DNA of 64,000 nt from Candidatus Parcubacteria bacterium (GTDB taxonomy: Bacteria; Patescibacteriota; Saccharimonadia; UBA4664; JBIOIQ01), in contig OY970378.1 in assembly GCA_963718875.1 (NCBI GenBank), forward strand, positions 1,075,691 to 1,139,690, written 5' to 3'. Made by a program: the position numbers and the translations under genes. Positions 28,755 through 38,619 of this stretch are shown here, piece after piece; positions within the stretch are counted from its first letter, which is position 1; the number at the start of each line of letters is the position of its first letter. The notes under the pieces are model-generated. The model saw only the letters and a program-made list of their open reading frames with translations, had not been told where the DNA came from and did not search any database.

Positions 28755-28780
28755 AAGCGGCTTAACAGCCGCTTTTTATA
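28755..28780 (+). terminator. intrinsic terminator after the major pilin
   Basis: aagcggct taac agccgctt followed by tttt. Confidence 0.65.
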
Positions 28781-28859
28781 TTTTAAAGTTGGTAGAACTC
28801 GCACCCAAACAGACCATTGCGTTATGCTTTTATTGCGGTTACGTTTATAATGAATTCTG

Positions 28860-29261
28860 ATGGATAGGAATAAAAGACAAGCTGGTTTCACTTTACTAGA
28901 AGTAGTTGTAACGATTGCAATTATTGCAATCGGCACGCTAGCCATCGCAACAATATCAATAAATACTGGAAACTTAAATCGTCAATCTCGGAACTTGGCA
29001 ATCGCAACGGCTATTGCTCAGCAAAAGATGGAGGCAGTCCGCAATTTACCTTACGCCTCAATTTCGGCTAACGAAAACTTTACAAGTTCACTGCCACCAC
29101 AACTTGGTTCGCCACGCTCGGCAACCGCCACTTTTAATAACCTTACTCCACCAGTGCCAAACCTTAAGCGATTCGACATAATAATTTACTATACCGATAG
29201 AGGCCTGAGGCGTGACGCACATGTATCAACATTAATCTACGCGCAAGGGATTAATCGGTGA
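28860..29261 (+). CDS. minor pilin (prepilin-type N-terminus)
   Basis: QAGFTLLEVVVTIAIIAIG. Confidence 0.7.
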   Translation: MDRNKRQAGFTLLEVVVTIAIIAIGTLAIATISINTGNLNRQSRNLAIATAIAQQKMEAVRNLPYASISANENFTSSLPPQLGSPRSATATFNNLTPPVPNLKRFDIIIYYTDRGLRRDAHVSTLIYAQGINR

Positions 29262-29923
29262 GGGTTTTTTTAGAAACTGAGGGCTATTCATTAATTGAAA
29301 TGGTATTTGTCATGAGCATATTGGGTGGACTCTTTTTGATTATGTCAGATTTTTATGCAAACGAGCTGGTTAGCTACAATCGAAACTTCACGCAAACAAT
29401 TCTTCAAAACAATGTTAAGCAAGCACTTGAGACGGTTGGAAGGGATTTAAGAGAAGCAAGTAGCGTTCAAGATAGCAACGTTTGGGGTGATCCCAATAGG
29501 CCCGGAGGATGGCAAAGCACGCCTACTGCAATTGTATTGGCTGAGCCTGCCTTAGATTCCTCTGATAACGTAATTTATGCCGACCCTACTCACACAACAA
29601 TCAAGACAAATGATGTAATTTATTTTGTGGGGTCAGATAACTCCTTATATAGACGGCGTATAGCGAACCCCGATGTAAATAATGCGGAGCCAACAACTTG
29701 TCCGGCTGCATCGGCTAGCCCGAGCTGTCCCCCCGATGGTAAGGTTGTGGAAAACATTGCTTCTCTTTCAATTTTATATTTTGATACTTCTAACAATAAC
29801 GTACCTAGTTCTCCGTATAGCGCAGTTTATTCTGTTCAGCTTACAATGACTCAAAGTCTTACTTCATTCGGCAAGACTTATACCACTGGACTTACAAGCC
29901 AATCGTCATTGAGGAACCGATAA
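29258..29923 (+). CDS. minor pilin / PilW-like prepilin-type protein
   Basis: EGYSLIEMVFVMSILGG N-terminus. Confidence 0.6.
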   Translation: MRVFLETEGYSLIEMVFVMSILGGLFLIMSDFYANELVSYNRNFTQTILQNNVKQALETVGRDLREASSVQDSNVWGDPNRPGGWQSTPTAIVLAEPALDSSDNVIYADPTHTTIKTNDVIYFVGSDNSLYRRRIANPDVNNAEPTTCPAASASPSCPPDGKVVENIASLSILYFDTSNNNVPSSPYSAVYSVQLTMTQSLTSFGKTYTTGLTSQSSLRNR

Positions 29924-31275
29924 TGGGAAAACTTATGAATCTTAAAATCATTACCCATGTTTTACGTTCAAGCGTTCAGCTTGTAGAGAACGGTAAGGAT
30001 CAAGGTGGCTCGGTCTTGGTGGGTGTACTCATTAGCATGGTGTTCTTTATGACTGTGACTGTAGCTGTCTCTGAATATAGCGTTAATCATTTTTCCAGCA
30101 CAAAGCGCACACTAGCCGCACTTGACGCCTTAGCTGTGGCTGAGGCTGGTGCAGATAGTTTTTTGTACAATATTAACCAAGTAAACACATACACCGGTAC
30201 TGCTGAGACAAATCTATACACCAATGACCCAGTTAAAGGAAGGGGAACATATCAGTCAAGCGTAGCCAATGGGACTGTGCCAAATGAAAAAATCGTTTTT
30301 ATCACTGGCCGGGTTTATCTGCCTCACACTGCCACTACTCCAAAAGTTACCCGTAAAATAAAGTTAGTTATTAATAGCACTAATCCTACTCCACCTGTTT
30401 TGCCAGGTTCTTTTAATTTGCCCATAGACATATTAACTGGCAACGACAATGATAGTTTGGTTATGAACAACGGTGCCTTTATAAACAATGGGAAGGTTCA
30501 CTCTAATGGGGGAATCCGGCTTAGCAATATGGCTAGAATCGGTTCGGTCGCGATACCGGTGCCTGTAACTGTATCCAATAGTAATAACATTGCAAACCCC
30601 ATAAATATTCTTAACATGTCTCGAATCATTGGCGATGTCAGTGCCAACCTGCAGACAGATGGTTCCGACATGAGCAATGCCGGGTTGATTGCCTCAGGAG
30701 GTGTAGCACCAGTAGCATTTCCAAATCATAATCGAGCGGGACAAATAGCAGTAGCTAGCCCGGCCGTCTCAGGAGCCTCAGCAAGCTGTAGTGGTTCTAC
30801 TGCTACTTGGCCCGCTAATTTTCATGTTAGCGGTGATGTCACTATCTCTAACTGCACCATTACAATAATGGGTGATGTCTGGATTGAAGGTCGTTTGACA
30901 TTACAAAACTCCACAATACTTCAAGTCGACTCGTCTGTCGTGACCTTTCCAGTCCTCATGGTAGATGGGAATGCTGGTGGAGGTATAGCCCTACATAACT
31001 CTGCGGCTTTTACACCAAATTCCGCTGGCTTTGGTTTTATAGTGGCCTCATATAGTACTGCTAACAATAGTATTATTTTTAATAACACATCTAATGCTGT
31101 GGGGAGCGTCTTGTATTCTCCGGTGGGGACAACTGCTTTTAATAATAACAGCGGGATTGGCACAAGAGCTGTTTTTAGCTATAGGATTGTGATGAATAAT
31201 GTTTTTACGCTAACAATTGGATCTCCGGGAACTCTTATATGGAGCGTCGGGTATTATCAGCAAGATTTTAGCTAG
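29923..31275 (+). CDS. PilX-like minor pilin / large pilus-tip protein
   Basis: N-terminal hydrophobic helix GSVLVGVLISMVFFMTVTVAV. Long Ser/Thr/Asn-rich beta-rich C-terminal region. Confidence 0.55.
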   Translation: MGKLMNLKIITHVLRSSVQLVENGKDQGGSVLVGVLISMVFFMTVTVAVSEYSVNHFSSTKRTLAALDALAVAEAGADSFLYNINQVNTYTGTAETNLYTNDPVKGRGTYQSSVANGTVPNEKIVFITGRVYLPHTATTPKVTRKIKLVINSTNPTPPVLPGSFNLPIDILTGNDNDSLVMNNGAFINNGKVHSNGGIRLSNMARIGSVAIPVPVTVSNSNNIANPINILNMSRIIGDVSANLQTDGSDMSNAGLIASGGVAPVAFPNHNRAGQIAVASPAVSGASASCSGSTATWPANFHVSGDVTISNCTITIMGDVWIEGRLTLQNSTILQVDSSVVTFPVLMVDGNAGGGIALHNSAAFTPNSAGFGFIVASYSTANNSIIFNNTSNAVGSVLYSPVGTTAFNNNSGIGTRAVFSYRIVMNNVFTLTIGSPGTLIWSVGYYQQDFS

Positions 31276-31350
31276 CCTTGACAAGCTAATCTTAGACTAT
31301 GCCTAGTAAGAGGTGTTATAATTAACATGCTAATGCTTAATTAGTTAGAG

Positions 31351-32412
31351 GTGAGATTGCGCGTCCCGATCGTATATAAAAATTTACCCGTACTGGGCTT
31401 GGATATTGGGAGTCGGACGGTCAAGTTGGTGCAGTTGGCGACTCAAGGATCACCGAGCCGTGTACTTGGTTATGGATTTGCGGCTTTTCCACCCGATTCT
31501 ATTACAGAAGGCATTATTTCTGACCCTGAGCCTATTGCTGCTGCTATTAAGTCGGTTTTGCGAGACCCTAAAGGTGGCCATTTTTCTGCGCGACGAGTAA
31601 TTATGTCTGTCCCTGTCGCCAAAGTTTTTACCCGGACACTTCAGCTCCCCACCCTACTATCTTCGGCAGAGCTCGAGCAAGCAGTTAAACTTGAGGCGGA
31701 ACAATACGTACCAGTACCGCTGGCCGATCTTTATATTGATTATGAGATAATCCCAGCCAGTGAGAGCCAAGACTACCTTGAAATACTAATGGTGGCTGCG
31801 CCAAAAGCAATCATTGATTCATATATAAAACTATTCGACTTTGTCGATTTTGAAGTTGAGGCCATAGAAACAGGTTTAACATCCATCACTCGTGCTATGG
31901 TGGCTGCCAGTAGGCCTAAGGGCAATGCATTGATAGTAGATTTTGGCACCCGATCAGCTGACCTTGCCATTTACGATAAAGCGGTTCGACTGACAGGGAC
32001 TTTTGCCGTTGGTGGAGAGGACTTAACTCAGACCCTTGTGAAACAACTAGGAATTACGGCTGATCAAGCTACGGAGATAAAGTATAAATTTGGTATTAAT
32101 CAAAGTGGGTTACAGGCCAAAATACTAGAAGCTCTTCGCCCACAACTCAATACTTTGACGAATGAAATTAAAAAGGTTTTAAAATACTACGAAGATCGCA
32201 GTCGAAACCAAACCAAGATTGAAGCCATGATTGCCACAGGGGGGAGCGCTAGTATGCCGGGGTTGGTTGATTATATGTACCATAATATTGGAGTGCCCAT
32301 TATCGTAGGTAATCCGTGGTATGGGTTACAAGTAGATACCTCCCCCGATAAACTTGAGGCACCGATGTATGCTACAGCTATTGGCCTGGCTCAACGGAGT
32401 CTTAAAGAATGA
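31351..32412 (+). CDS. pilM: type IV pilus assembly protein PilM (actin-like ATPase fold)
   Basis: LGLDIGSRTVKLVQL N-terminus, actin-like second domain. GTG start. Confidence 0.8.
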   Translation: MRLRVPIVYKNLPVLGLDIGSRTVKLVQLATQGSPSRVLGYGFAAFPPDSITEGIISDPEPIAAAIKSVLRDPKGGHFSARRVIMSVPVAKVFTRTLQLPTLLSSAELEQAVKLEAEQYVPVPLADLYIDYEIIPASESQDYLEILMVAAPKAIIDSYIKLFDFVDFEVEAIETGLTSITRAMVAASRPKGNALIVDFGTRSADLAIYDKAVRLTGTFAVGGEDLTQTLVKQLGITADQATEIKYKFGINQSGLQAKILEALRPQLNTLTNEIKKVLKYYEDRSRNQTKIEAMIATGGSASMPGLVDYMYHNIGVPIIVGNPWYGLQVDTSPDKLEAPMYATAIGLAQRSLKE

Positions 32413-32936
32413 TTAATCTTATTCCCCCTGCAATAAAGGAAGAAATGAAGTTTGCGCGCTGGAATACTTCATTAATTCGATATATTGCTGTGGTAGCTTT
32501 AGTGGCAATACTGCTTGGAGCAAGCTTTGCGGGAACGTTTATTTATTTAAAACGAAAAGTCTCTAGCATAGATCAAAGCTTGGTTGAAAAGCAGCTAAAG
32601 ATTGACTCCTATGAATCAGTCGTAAAAGCTGCCAGTGAGCTCAATGAGAGGGTAGCGGCAATTAAAATTATTCAAAAGAACCAGCCTAAGTTTTCTCTAT
32701 TACTTGAAGATATTGCTAAGTTCTCCTTAAAAGGCACTTCTATTACGAGCATAGCCTTAACTGGTGACGACAAAAAATCGGTACAAGTATCTGCTACGAC
32801 TAATGGGTACGTGGCGGGGGTAAGTTTGCGCGACGCCTTAGCATCGTCTCCTCGCGTAAATGCCGCTGATATAGTTTCAGTCAGCAACACCAACGTAGTA
32901 ATTGTGATTGGATTTAAACCGGGGCAGGCAAGATGA
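32409..32936 (+). CDS. pilN: PilN-like bitopic membrane protein
   Basis: Position after pilM, single TM helix, coiled coil. Confidence 0.65.
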   Translation: MINLIPPAIKEEMKFARWNTSLIRYIAVVALVAILLGASFAGTFIYLKRKVSSIDQSLVEKQLKIDSYESVVKAASELNERVAAIKIIQKNQPKFSLLLEDIAKFSLKGTSITSIALTGDDKKSVQVSATTNGYVAGVSLRDALASSPRVNAADIVSVSNTNVVIVIGFKPGQAR

Positions 32937-33487
32937 GTGCAAGACGATTTTATTTTGGTGCACTTGGAGGTTTAGGAGTGCTGGTGGCGATAGGGGTAGC
33001 AGGTGACTACTTTGCAACCGTAACGCTACGCAAGCAAAAAACCGTATTGCAAACGAGGCTAGCTTTTGACGAAGTAACAAGTAATAAAATTATTCAGTTG
33101 GCTGAACTTGAAAAGACTTACAAAAAACTCAAGCCTCTGGTGCCACAGATCCAGGCCGCCCTTCCAAAAAGCAAACAACAATCCGAAGTTGCCCTCCAGC
33201 TACAAAAATTGGCGGCTTCAGCTGAAATGACTATACCTAGCGTATCATTTACTGCCCCAAAGGATTTACCAAACGCTACTAGCCAAACAATAGCCGAAAA
33301 CGGAGTGCTGGCATTACCAGTAACTTTTCAAATGGAGGGTACTTACCCCAAGCTTCAAACCTTTTTGCGAAGTGTCGAAAATCTTAATCGCTATACGGGG
33401 GTTTCATCCCTTTCAATATCACGCAAAGATGATAAGTCTGACTTGCTTAAATTTGATATAACTGTGAAGGTATATATAAAGCCATGA
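32933..33487 (+). CDS. pilO: PilO-like protein
   Basis: Position, single TM helix, coiled coil. Confidence 0.6.
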   Translation: MSARRFYFGALGGLGVLVAIGVAGDYFATVTLRKQKTVLQTRLAFDEVTSNKIIQLAELEKTYKKLKPLVPQIQAALPKSKQQSEVALQLQKLAASAEMTIPSVSFTAPKDLPNATSQTIAENGVLALPVTFQMEGTYPKLQTFLRSVENLNRYTGVSSLSISRKDDKSDLLKFDITVKVYIKP

Positions 33488-33777
33488 GTAAGCCGCAAGA
33501 TAGCCTTAAGCCGATACTGTCAACAATCGTTAAATTCCGCGCATTTCTTGTTACTCTCGTAATTTTGGCAGTTTGCGGATACACGACTTACCAAATCAGC
33601 GGGGTTGTAGCTGTAAGCCCTGACGCTACCAGCATTGAAAGTGCAAATAAAGCTGTGGGAGCTACTGAGGTAAGGTTTGATATGCCAACAATTAACACTA
33701 TAGTGAAGCAAAATCCGCTTCAAGTTAGCACAGACTTAAATGGGATTGGTACTTCCAACCCATTTTTGGGAAATTGA
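33484..33777 (+). CDS. small membrane protein at the end of the pil operon
   Basis: TM helix. Translationally coupled to pilO. Confidence 0.4.
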   Translation: MSKPQDSLKPILSTIVKFRAFLVTLVILAVCGYTTYQISGVVAVSPDATSIESANKAVGATEVRFDMPTINTIVKQNPLQVSTDLNGIGTSNPFLGN

Positions 33778-33799
33778 TTCCTTTTAAAAACTCCTAAGG

Positions 33800-34339
33800 C
33801 TAAGGTCGGACATAGGTATGCTCTTTTTCAAATATTTCATGAGCATCGTTAATTGTTTCGGCCACCGTTAGCGGATCGCCTACCGGGCGAAAAACAAAGT
33901 TTTCGTTCTCTCCGGCCGTTTCGATCAAAATTTCGCCGTAATTAAGCAGGGTAGGTAAAACCCCTTTGCGCGTACCTTTTACATCTTGTAACTCGTCAAG
34001 GCTAAATTTGGATAATACCCGACCAAACAGACCGGTTTGGGTAATCTGGGTCAAATGTTGGTTGGTGAGGATAACGCGGTTTTGGCGAAATATAATGTAA
34101 GCAACTACTGCAACCACAATCATTAGTAAATCTACGACCATTATGAGTGTAGTGACTGTTGCGGCACTAACCAGCGACCCAAAAACATTGGTATTAGCGG
34201 TTAGCCAACTTTGGGCAAAAGCACTTGCAAGCAGCACCAAGACCGTTGCCACTATTACTGGAACATAGTTTATGATATGGCGATGATATATATACAGAAC
34301 TTCTTCGCCAGGATTTAATGTCATATATGTTTCGGGCAC
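33800..34339 (-). CDS. bacterial PH-domain (bPH_2/YdbT-like) membrane protein
   Basis: Two TM helices followed by a PH-like domain pattern. Confidence 0.55.
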   Translation of the reverse strand: MPETYMTLNPGEEVLYIYHRHIINYVPVIVATVLVLLASAFAQSWLTANTNVFGSLVSAATVTTLIMVVDLLMIVVAVVAYIIFRQNRVILTNQHLTQITQTGLFGRVLSKFSLDELQDVKGTRKGVLPTLLNYGEILIETAGENENFVFRPVGDPLTVAETINDAHEIFEKEHTYVRP

Positions 34340-34529
34340 TTGCTTGTCTCGTTAAATGTTTATGTATTATACAACCTCTCGACCACTTTTACTAGAGTTC
34401 GGGGTTGTCGCCAGCTCAAAAATGACGACGCCCCTGAACTACGGGGAATCGCCAAAGCGATTGCGACCGTGGCCCAAGGGCGGAATCAGGCCGAAAGCTC
34501 GGCAAGTTCTGGTCAAGGCGGACAATGAA

Positions 34530-35003
34530 TTACGTTTTCAAAGGAACGGGTTTGCCCAGGCGAGAACTCAGGGTGTCAGACTCAAGAACCTGGAGTCGTA
34601 CGGTGTATCCCCTATGTGTGGGCTCTTGGCGGCGGTCCACCCCTGGTGACATTGTCCAACCTTCTCCCATGTCCAACCTGAATGTGGTGTATGCCATAGG
34701 CCCTTCACCGGGCTCAGGCACGATCGCACGATTAAACCCGATCTTGCACGAAGCGACTGGCTTTCCCTCAAGGAATAATGCAATAACTTGGTCACGAATG
34801 ACTCGAGAAAGTGTCTCTGAACCCAACTCTGTGCGAGGGCCATACACTGTCACGACAAGGTTGACTTGCGCCTTTCCCCATCGGGCATAATGGATTCCGA
34901 CAGAGAACCCTGGGTGATCTGGCAGTTCCATACTGGTGCAACCACCTTCGGCAAAGCTTAACTGAGCTAATGCATGGGATACCGATTCGAGTAGACTAAG
35001 CAC
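34530..35003 (-). CDS. hypothetical protein in a GC-elevated segment; GTG start with AAGGAGG RBS
   Basis: AAGGAGG then 5 nt then GTG at 35003. No motif recognised. The region is open in several frames on both strands. Confidence 0.4.
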   Translation of the reverse strand: MLSLLESVSHALAQLSFAEGGCTSMELPDHPGFSVGIHYARWGKAQVNLVVTVYGPRTELGSETLSRVIRDQVIALFLEGKPVASCKIGFNRAIVPEPGEGPMAYTTFRLDMGEGWTMSPGVDRRQEPTHRGYTVRLQVLESDTLSSRLGKPVPLKT

Positions 35004-35376
35004 AACAGCCTCCTTAAAGCTTCCGGGAATGCGCAACATTTGTGCACATAATGGTGATTATGAACTCGCTAAAGTGTTTTTTCAAGCATAAGCAGTCCCA
35101 ACGCGTTTTTGTTTTCGGGCAAAATAAAAGAATTCATCTAATATACTTCGTGTCAGCTGAAACTAATTTTTCAACCCTCTGGAAGCGCTTATACCTTTTC
35201 CCCATAGCTCAATTTGTAATACAATACATTACAATCCGTTATAATCCGAAGCTTCTAAAAAGACCGGGGTGCTCCTTGGGAGGGTTGAATAAATTGGTGT
35301 TTATAATACAAGAGCCACGAGTCACAAAATAATATCATTAGAGGTTAACTGAACGTACGAAAGAAGAACAGTCGGA

Positions 35377-36408
35377 TTAGAGGAGAGTCGTTTGGTCAAT
35401 TGTAGTGGGCGGTTGAACGCCAAGGTGTAGATAAGCCTTGGGCGTAACCTTGCGACCACGGTTGGTGCGTTCAAGTAACCCGAGTTGCATTAAGTAAGGC
35501 TCATAGACATCTTCTACGGTAGCTTTTTCTTCTGAACAAATAGCCGCAATCGTCTCAATCCCCACCGGCCCACCTGCGTAATGCTCGATAATAGCAGACA
35601 AAATACGGCGGTCATTGGCATCTAGGCCTAGTTCGTCAATTTCCAGCATATCCAGTGCTTGTCCGGCCAAGCTAACATTAATGGTGCCACTCCCATTAAC
35701 CTGGGCAAAGTCCCTCACCCTTTTAAGTAAGCGGTTAGCTATGCGAGGCGTCAAGCGAGAGCGTTTGGCAACTTCGGCGGCCGAAGCCTGGTCTATGTCG
35801 ACATTTAAAATACCAGCGGCGCGTTGAAGGATTTGTTCAATCTCAGCCTGTGAATAGTATTCAAAGCGGTGGACAATGCCAAAGCGGTCACGTAGCGGCG
35901 CCGACAGCGCTCCTACTCGAGTAGTAGCTCCAATAAGAGTAAATTTGGGCAGGTCGAGCCGAATCGACTTTGCCGATGGACCTTTGCCCAGCATAACGTC
36001 AATACCGTAGTCTTCCATGGCAGGATATAAAACTTCTTCGACTGTTTTAGGCAGACGATGGATTTCGTCAACAAATAATATGTCACCATCACTTAAGTTT
36101 GTCAGGATCGACGCCAGGTCTCCAGCCCGTTCAATAGCCGGTCCGCTAGTGACTCTAAGTCCTGACCGCATTTCAGCGGCTATCACGCCCGCCATAGTAG
36201 TTTTACCTAAACCCGGGGGACCATATAGCAATACGTGGTCTACCGGCTCGCCGCGCTTGCTAGCTGCTTCAATAGCGAGCTGCAGGTTGTCCTTAATGGC
36301 TCTTTGGCCAATTAGACTGGCAAAGCTTCGTGGCCGCAGGGTTTCTTCAATTTGCTGCTCGCCTGGGTCTAGCTGCTCCTCGTCGGCGGCCGTGATTCGC
36401 TCAATCAT
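35377..36408 (-). CDS. ruvB: Holliday junction branch migration ATPase RuvB
   Basis: [15 protein letters not shown], sensor motifs. Confidence 0.95.
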   Translation of the reverse strand: MIERITAADEEQLDPGEQQIEETLRPRSFASLIGQRAIKDNLQLAIEAASKRGEPVDHVLLYGPPGLGKTTMAGVIAAEMRSGLRVTSGPAIERAGDLASILTNLSDGDILFVDEIHRLPKTVEEVLYPAMEDYGIDVMLGKGPSAKSIRLDLPKFTLIGATTRVGALSAPLRDRFGIVHRFEYYSQAEIEQILQRAAGILNVDIDQASAAEVAKRSRLTPRIANRLLKRVRDFAQVNGSGTINVSLAGQALDMLEIDELGLDANDRRILSAIIEHYAGGPVGIETIAAICSEEKATVEDVYEPYLMQLGLLERTNRGRKVTPKAYLHLGVQPPTTIDQTTLL

Positions 36409-36414
36409 CGCTTA

Positions 36415-36541
36415 CTCCAACCAACAAGATACAAGAAACAAGGCACAAACAGACTCCTACTTTCAAAATCCAAAGAGTTTGATTATTGAATATTGATACT
36501 TGGAGATTCTTTGTATCTTGTATCTTGTATCTTGTATCTTT
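36415..36541. repeat. 'empty' copy of the inverted-repeat element: left arm CAACAAGATACAAGAAACAAGG, ~65-nt spacer, right arm (CTTGTAT)x4
   Basis: Left arm 36425..36443 is the near reverse complement of 36511..36530, 17 of 19 positions. Homologous to the arms at 18101..18160 and 18533..18567. Confidence 0.5.
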
Positions 36542-36546
36542 AAAAA

Positions 36547-37113
36547 TCATCGTGCGGCCTTTAATGCTGCCTTAATCCGTTCTTGATCGCCTGTTACGCT
36601 AGCTGGTATTTTGGCAACGGCGGCGGCGGCTTGAACAGGAGTGAAGCCCAATCCTACTAAAGCCTGATAAGCCGCATCGCCTTCAGCGGCGGCATTGGAA
36701 TGGACGTCATTTAGCTTCCCCCGTAACTCCACAATAATCCGCTCGGCGGTTTTTTTACCTACTCCGGCAGTGCCTTTGAGCAAATCTGAATCGCCGCTGG
36801 CAATAGCTTGCTGCAAGCGCGATAAAGAGGCGGCTGAAAGCACTGCCAAGGCTACTTTTGGACCTACACCACTAACGCCAAGGAGGGAGGTAAATAAATC
36901 CTTGGCCGCTAGTTCGCTAAATCCAAATAAGTTATGGGCGTCCTCTCGGATTTGTTCATATATATAGTAGCGGCCCTCTTGACCCACTTTGGCAGCACCC
37001 CAATCAGAGGTTGCAACGTGCAACTCATATTCAACCGCTCCCGCGCCTACCAGTAGGGTATCGGGCAATTTTTCGGTCACTAGTCCTGTAATTCGCCCAA
37101 TCAATTTTGACAC
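36547..37113 (-). CDS. ruvA: Holliday junction DNA helicase RuvA
   Basis: Domains I-III, HhH motifs. Confidence 0.9.
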   Translation of the reverse strand: MSKLIGRITGLVTEKLPDTLLVGAGAVEYELHVATSDWGAAKVGQEGRYYIYEQIREDAHNLFGFSELAAKDLFTSLLGVSGVGPKVALAVLSAASLSRLQQAIASGDSDLLKGTAGVGKKTAERIIVELRGKLNDVHSNAAAEGDAAYQALVGLGFTPVQAAAAVAKIPASVTGDQERIKAALKAAR

Positions 37114-37197
37114 TCAGACAGTAGGAAGAAGGCAGAAGGCGGTAGTTTTTGATAGTACTGACCCCTGATGCCTGACCCCTGATGCCTATAACGAGAT

Positions 37198-37413
37198 TTA
37201 GTGAACATGAGATTTAGCTTTTAGCTCGATCATATCGGCTGAGTGTTCATGGATGACGCCCTTTATTATTTGGATATCAGATTTTACCTCTGCCATATCG
37301 GTCTTAAGCACGCCGATATCCTCACGAGTAGCAAGAACCACCTCAACTACACCATCAATCTTTGAGTGCAGATCTTCTAAAATAACTTCAAAATGTTCTT
37401 TTTTCACATTCAT
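37198..37413 (-). CDS. small hypothetical protein
   Basis: 71-aa ORF. Confidence 0.35.
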   Translation of the reverse strand: MNVKKEHFEVILEDLHSKIDGVVEVVLATREDIGVLKTDMAEVKSDIQIIKGVIHEHSADMIELKAKSHVH

Positions 37414-37477
37414 CCTTTTTATTCTAAACCAGGTCTATTAGATAGTATACCGAACTAAAGCCGAACAAGCAAGTTAC

Positions 37478-37515
37478 CCCTTTAAATACAAAAGAAGCCG
37501 TTTGACGGGCTTCTT
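37478..37515 (-). terminator. intrinsic terminator for the minus-strand gene ending at 37767
   Basis: aaagaagccg tttga cgggcttctt. The minus-strand reading is followed by ttttgtattt. Confidence 0.4.
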
Positions 37516-37766
37516 GTTGCGATGGTGTGTTTTTAATAAACCATCTTTACCACCTGTAGTGGTACAAGTTCATTATGCTTTTTTGAACAATGCTAACTAA
37601 TGGATATTGTTACAATTATTGGTTACTTTGGCGGTCGAGTTATTGGAACCGTAGCCTGTAATTGTGTACCAATCTAAAACCTCGATTCGCGATCAAGGGC
37701 TTGGGTTGGGGCGGCTCCCCGGTCGATGTGACCGAGGAGCCGCAAGATGGACGAGAGCGATCTTGG

Positions 37767-38204
37767 CTAGCCGACGTGGATGCTCCTGCCTTGTGCGGAG
37801 ATGTTCACGTTCTGGAACTTGGCCAACTCTGGAACCAGGGCCTTGGGGATGATGACCCAGCCGTTCCGGTCAACGAATGAAAGGGTGCCCGTGATTTGGC
37901 CCATTGACCTGGGCGAAAGTCCAGTGGGTGTCTCAACGACCCTGTACACCGTTGCGCGGAAATTAACGAGAGAGTCGAGGCTGGCTCGCTCAGTCCCAAC
38001 GGCTGTGAATCGCACGTTCAGAGTCAGCTGCTTGCCACCCCAGACGGAACTCGCCTGAAGGGTGATCACAACAATCCGGCGGTCCGCCAGACTGCGGTTG
38101 ATGGTGTCCATCTCAGACGGGGATGCGACGATGCCGAACTCCTCGTAGAGGTCGGTGTCGACTTCAACCATCTGCAGATGCTTGGCACGGATAGGGTGAC
38201 CCAT
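37767..38204 (-). CDS. hypothetical protein, high-GC island
   Basis: 145-aa ORF with ~58% GC. No motif recognised. Confidence 0.45.
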   Translation of the reverse strand: MGHPIRAKHLQMVEVDTDLYEEFGIVASPSEMDTINRSLADRRIVVITLQASSVWGGKQLTLNVRFTAVGTERASLDSLVNFRATVYRVVETPTGLSPRSMGQITGTLSFVDRNGWVIIPKALVPELAKFQNVNISAQGRSIHVG

Positions 38205-38619
38205 GATGGGCGCTCCTTTGGAACAGGTTCCTTGACAGGCAGGAACGACCTCTTATTTCGGCCTAAACCGAAACGGCCTGGCCATAACGACACAGGACTT
38301 TTATTATACCAATAATGCTCATGTTTGTCAACTTTGCGCTCAGTTTGATGGCTTTGTCGGTATTTACTCCCTGAGCCTGTCGAAGGGCCGATTTTTGCGC
38401 TGTCTAGATTAATAGATCCCGGATCCGGAGCGCCACCGTAGACATCGTTCGCGGTGGCTTCCGGTGCGGGATGACAGTGTAGGAAGAAGTCGGGCTGTTT
38501 GCACTTTGCTACTTACTCTGCAGCCATTGCTTGATTCGTTATTCTCAAAAACCATATGCAGACTGGGCTAAATATGTCAAGACTATCGTCTGCACGCTCA
38601 AACGGGTATAATAGCAGCT

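Noticed and set aside
34400-34900. RNase P RNA or another large structured RNA, suggested by multi-frame openness
   Set aside because: The conserved P4 strands (AGGAAAGUCCGGGCUCC / ACAGAACCCGGCUUA) are absent. A strong AAGGAGG-GTG translation start supports a protein-coding reading.
36500-36541. CRISPR-like tandem array (CTTGTAT x4)
   Set aside because: Repeats are only 7 nt with no spacers. They are one arm of the inverted-repeat element, not a CRISPR array.
37662-38293. Plus-strand ORFs and a 75-aa minus ORF overlapping the 37767..38204 island gene
   Set aside because: Arg/Pro/Ser/Trp-rich translations typical of off-frame GC-rich sequence. No start context.
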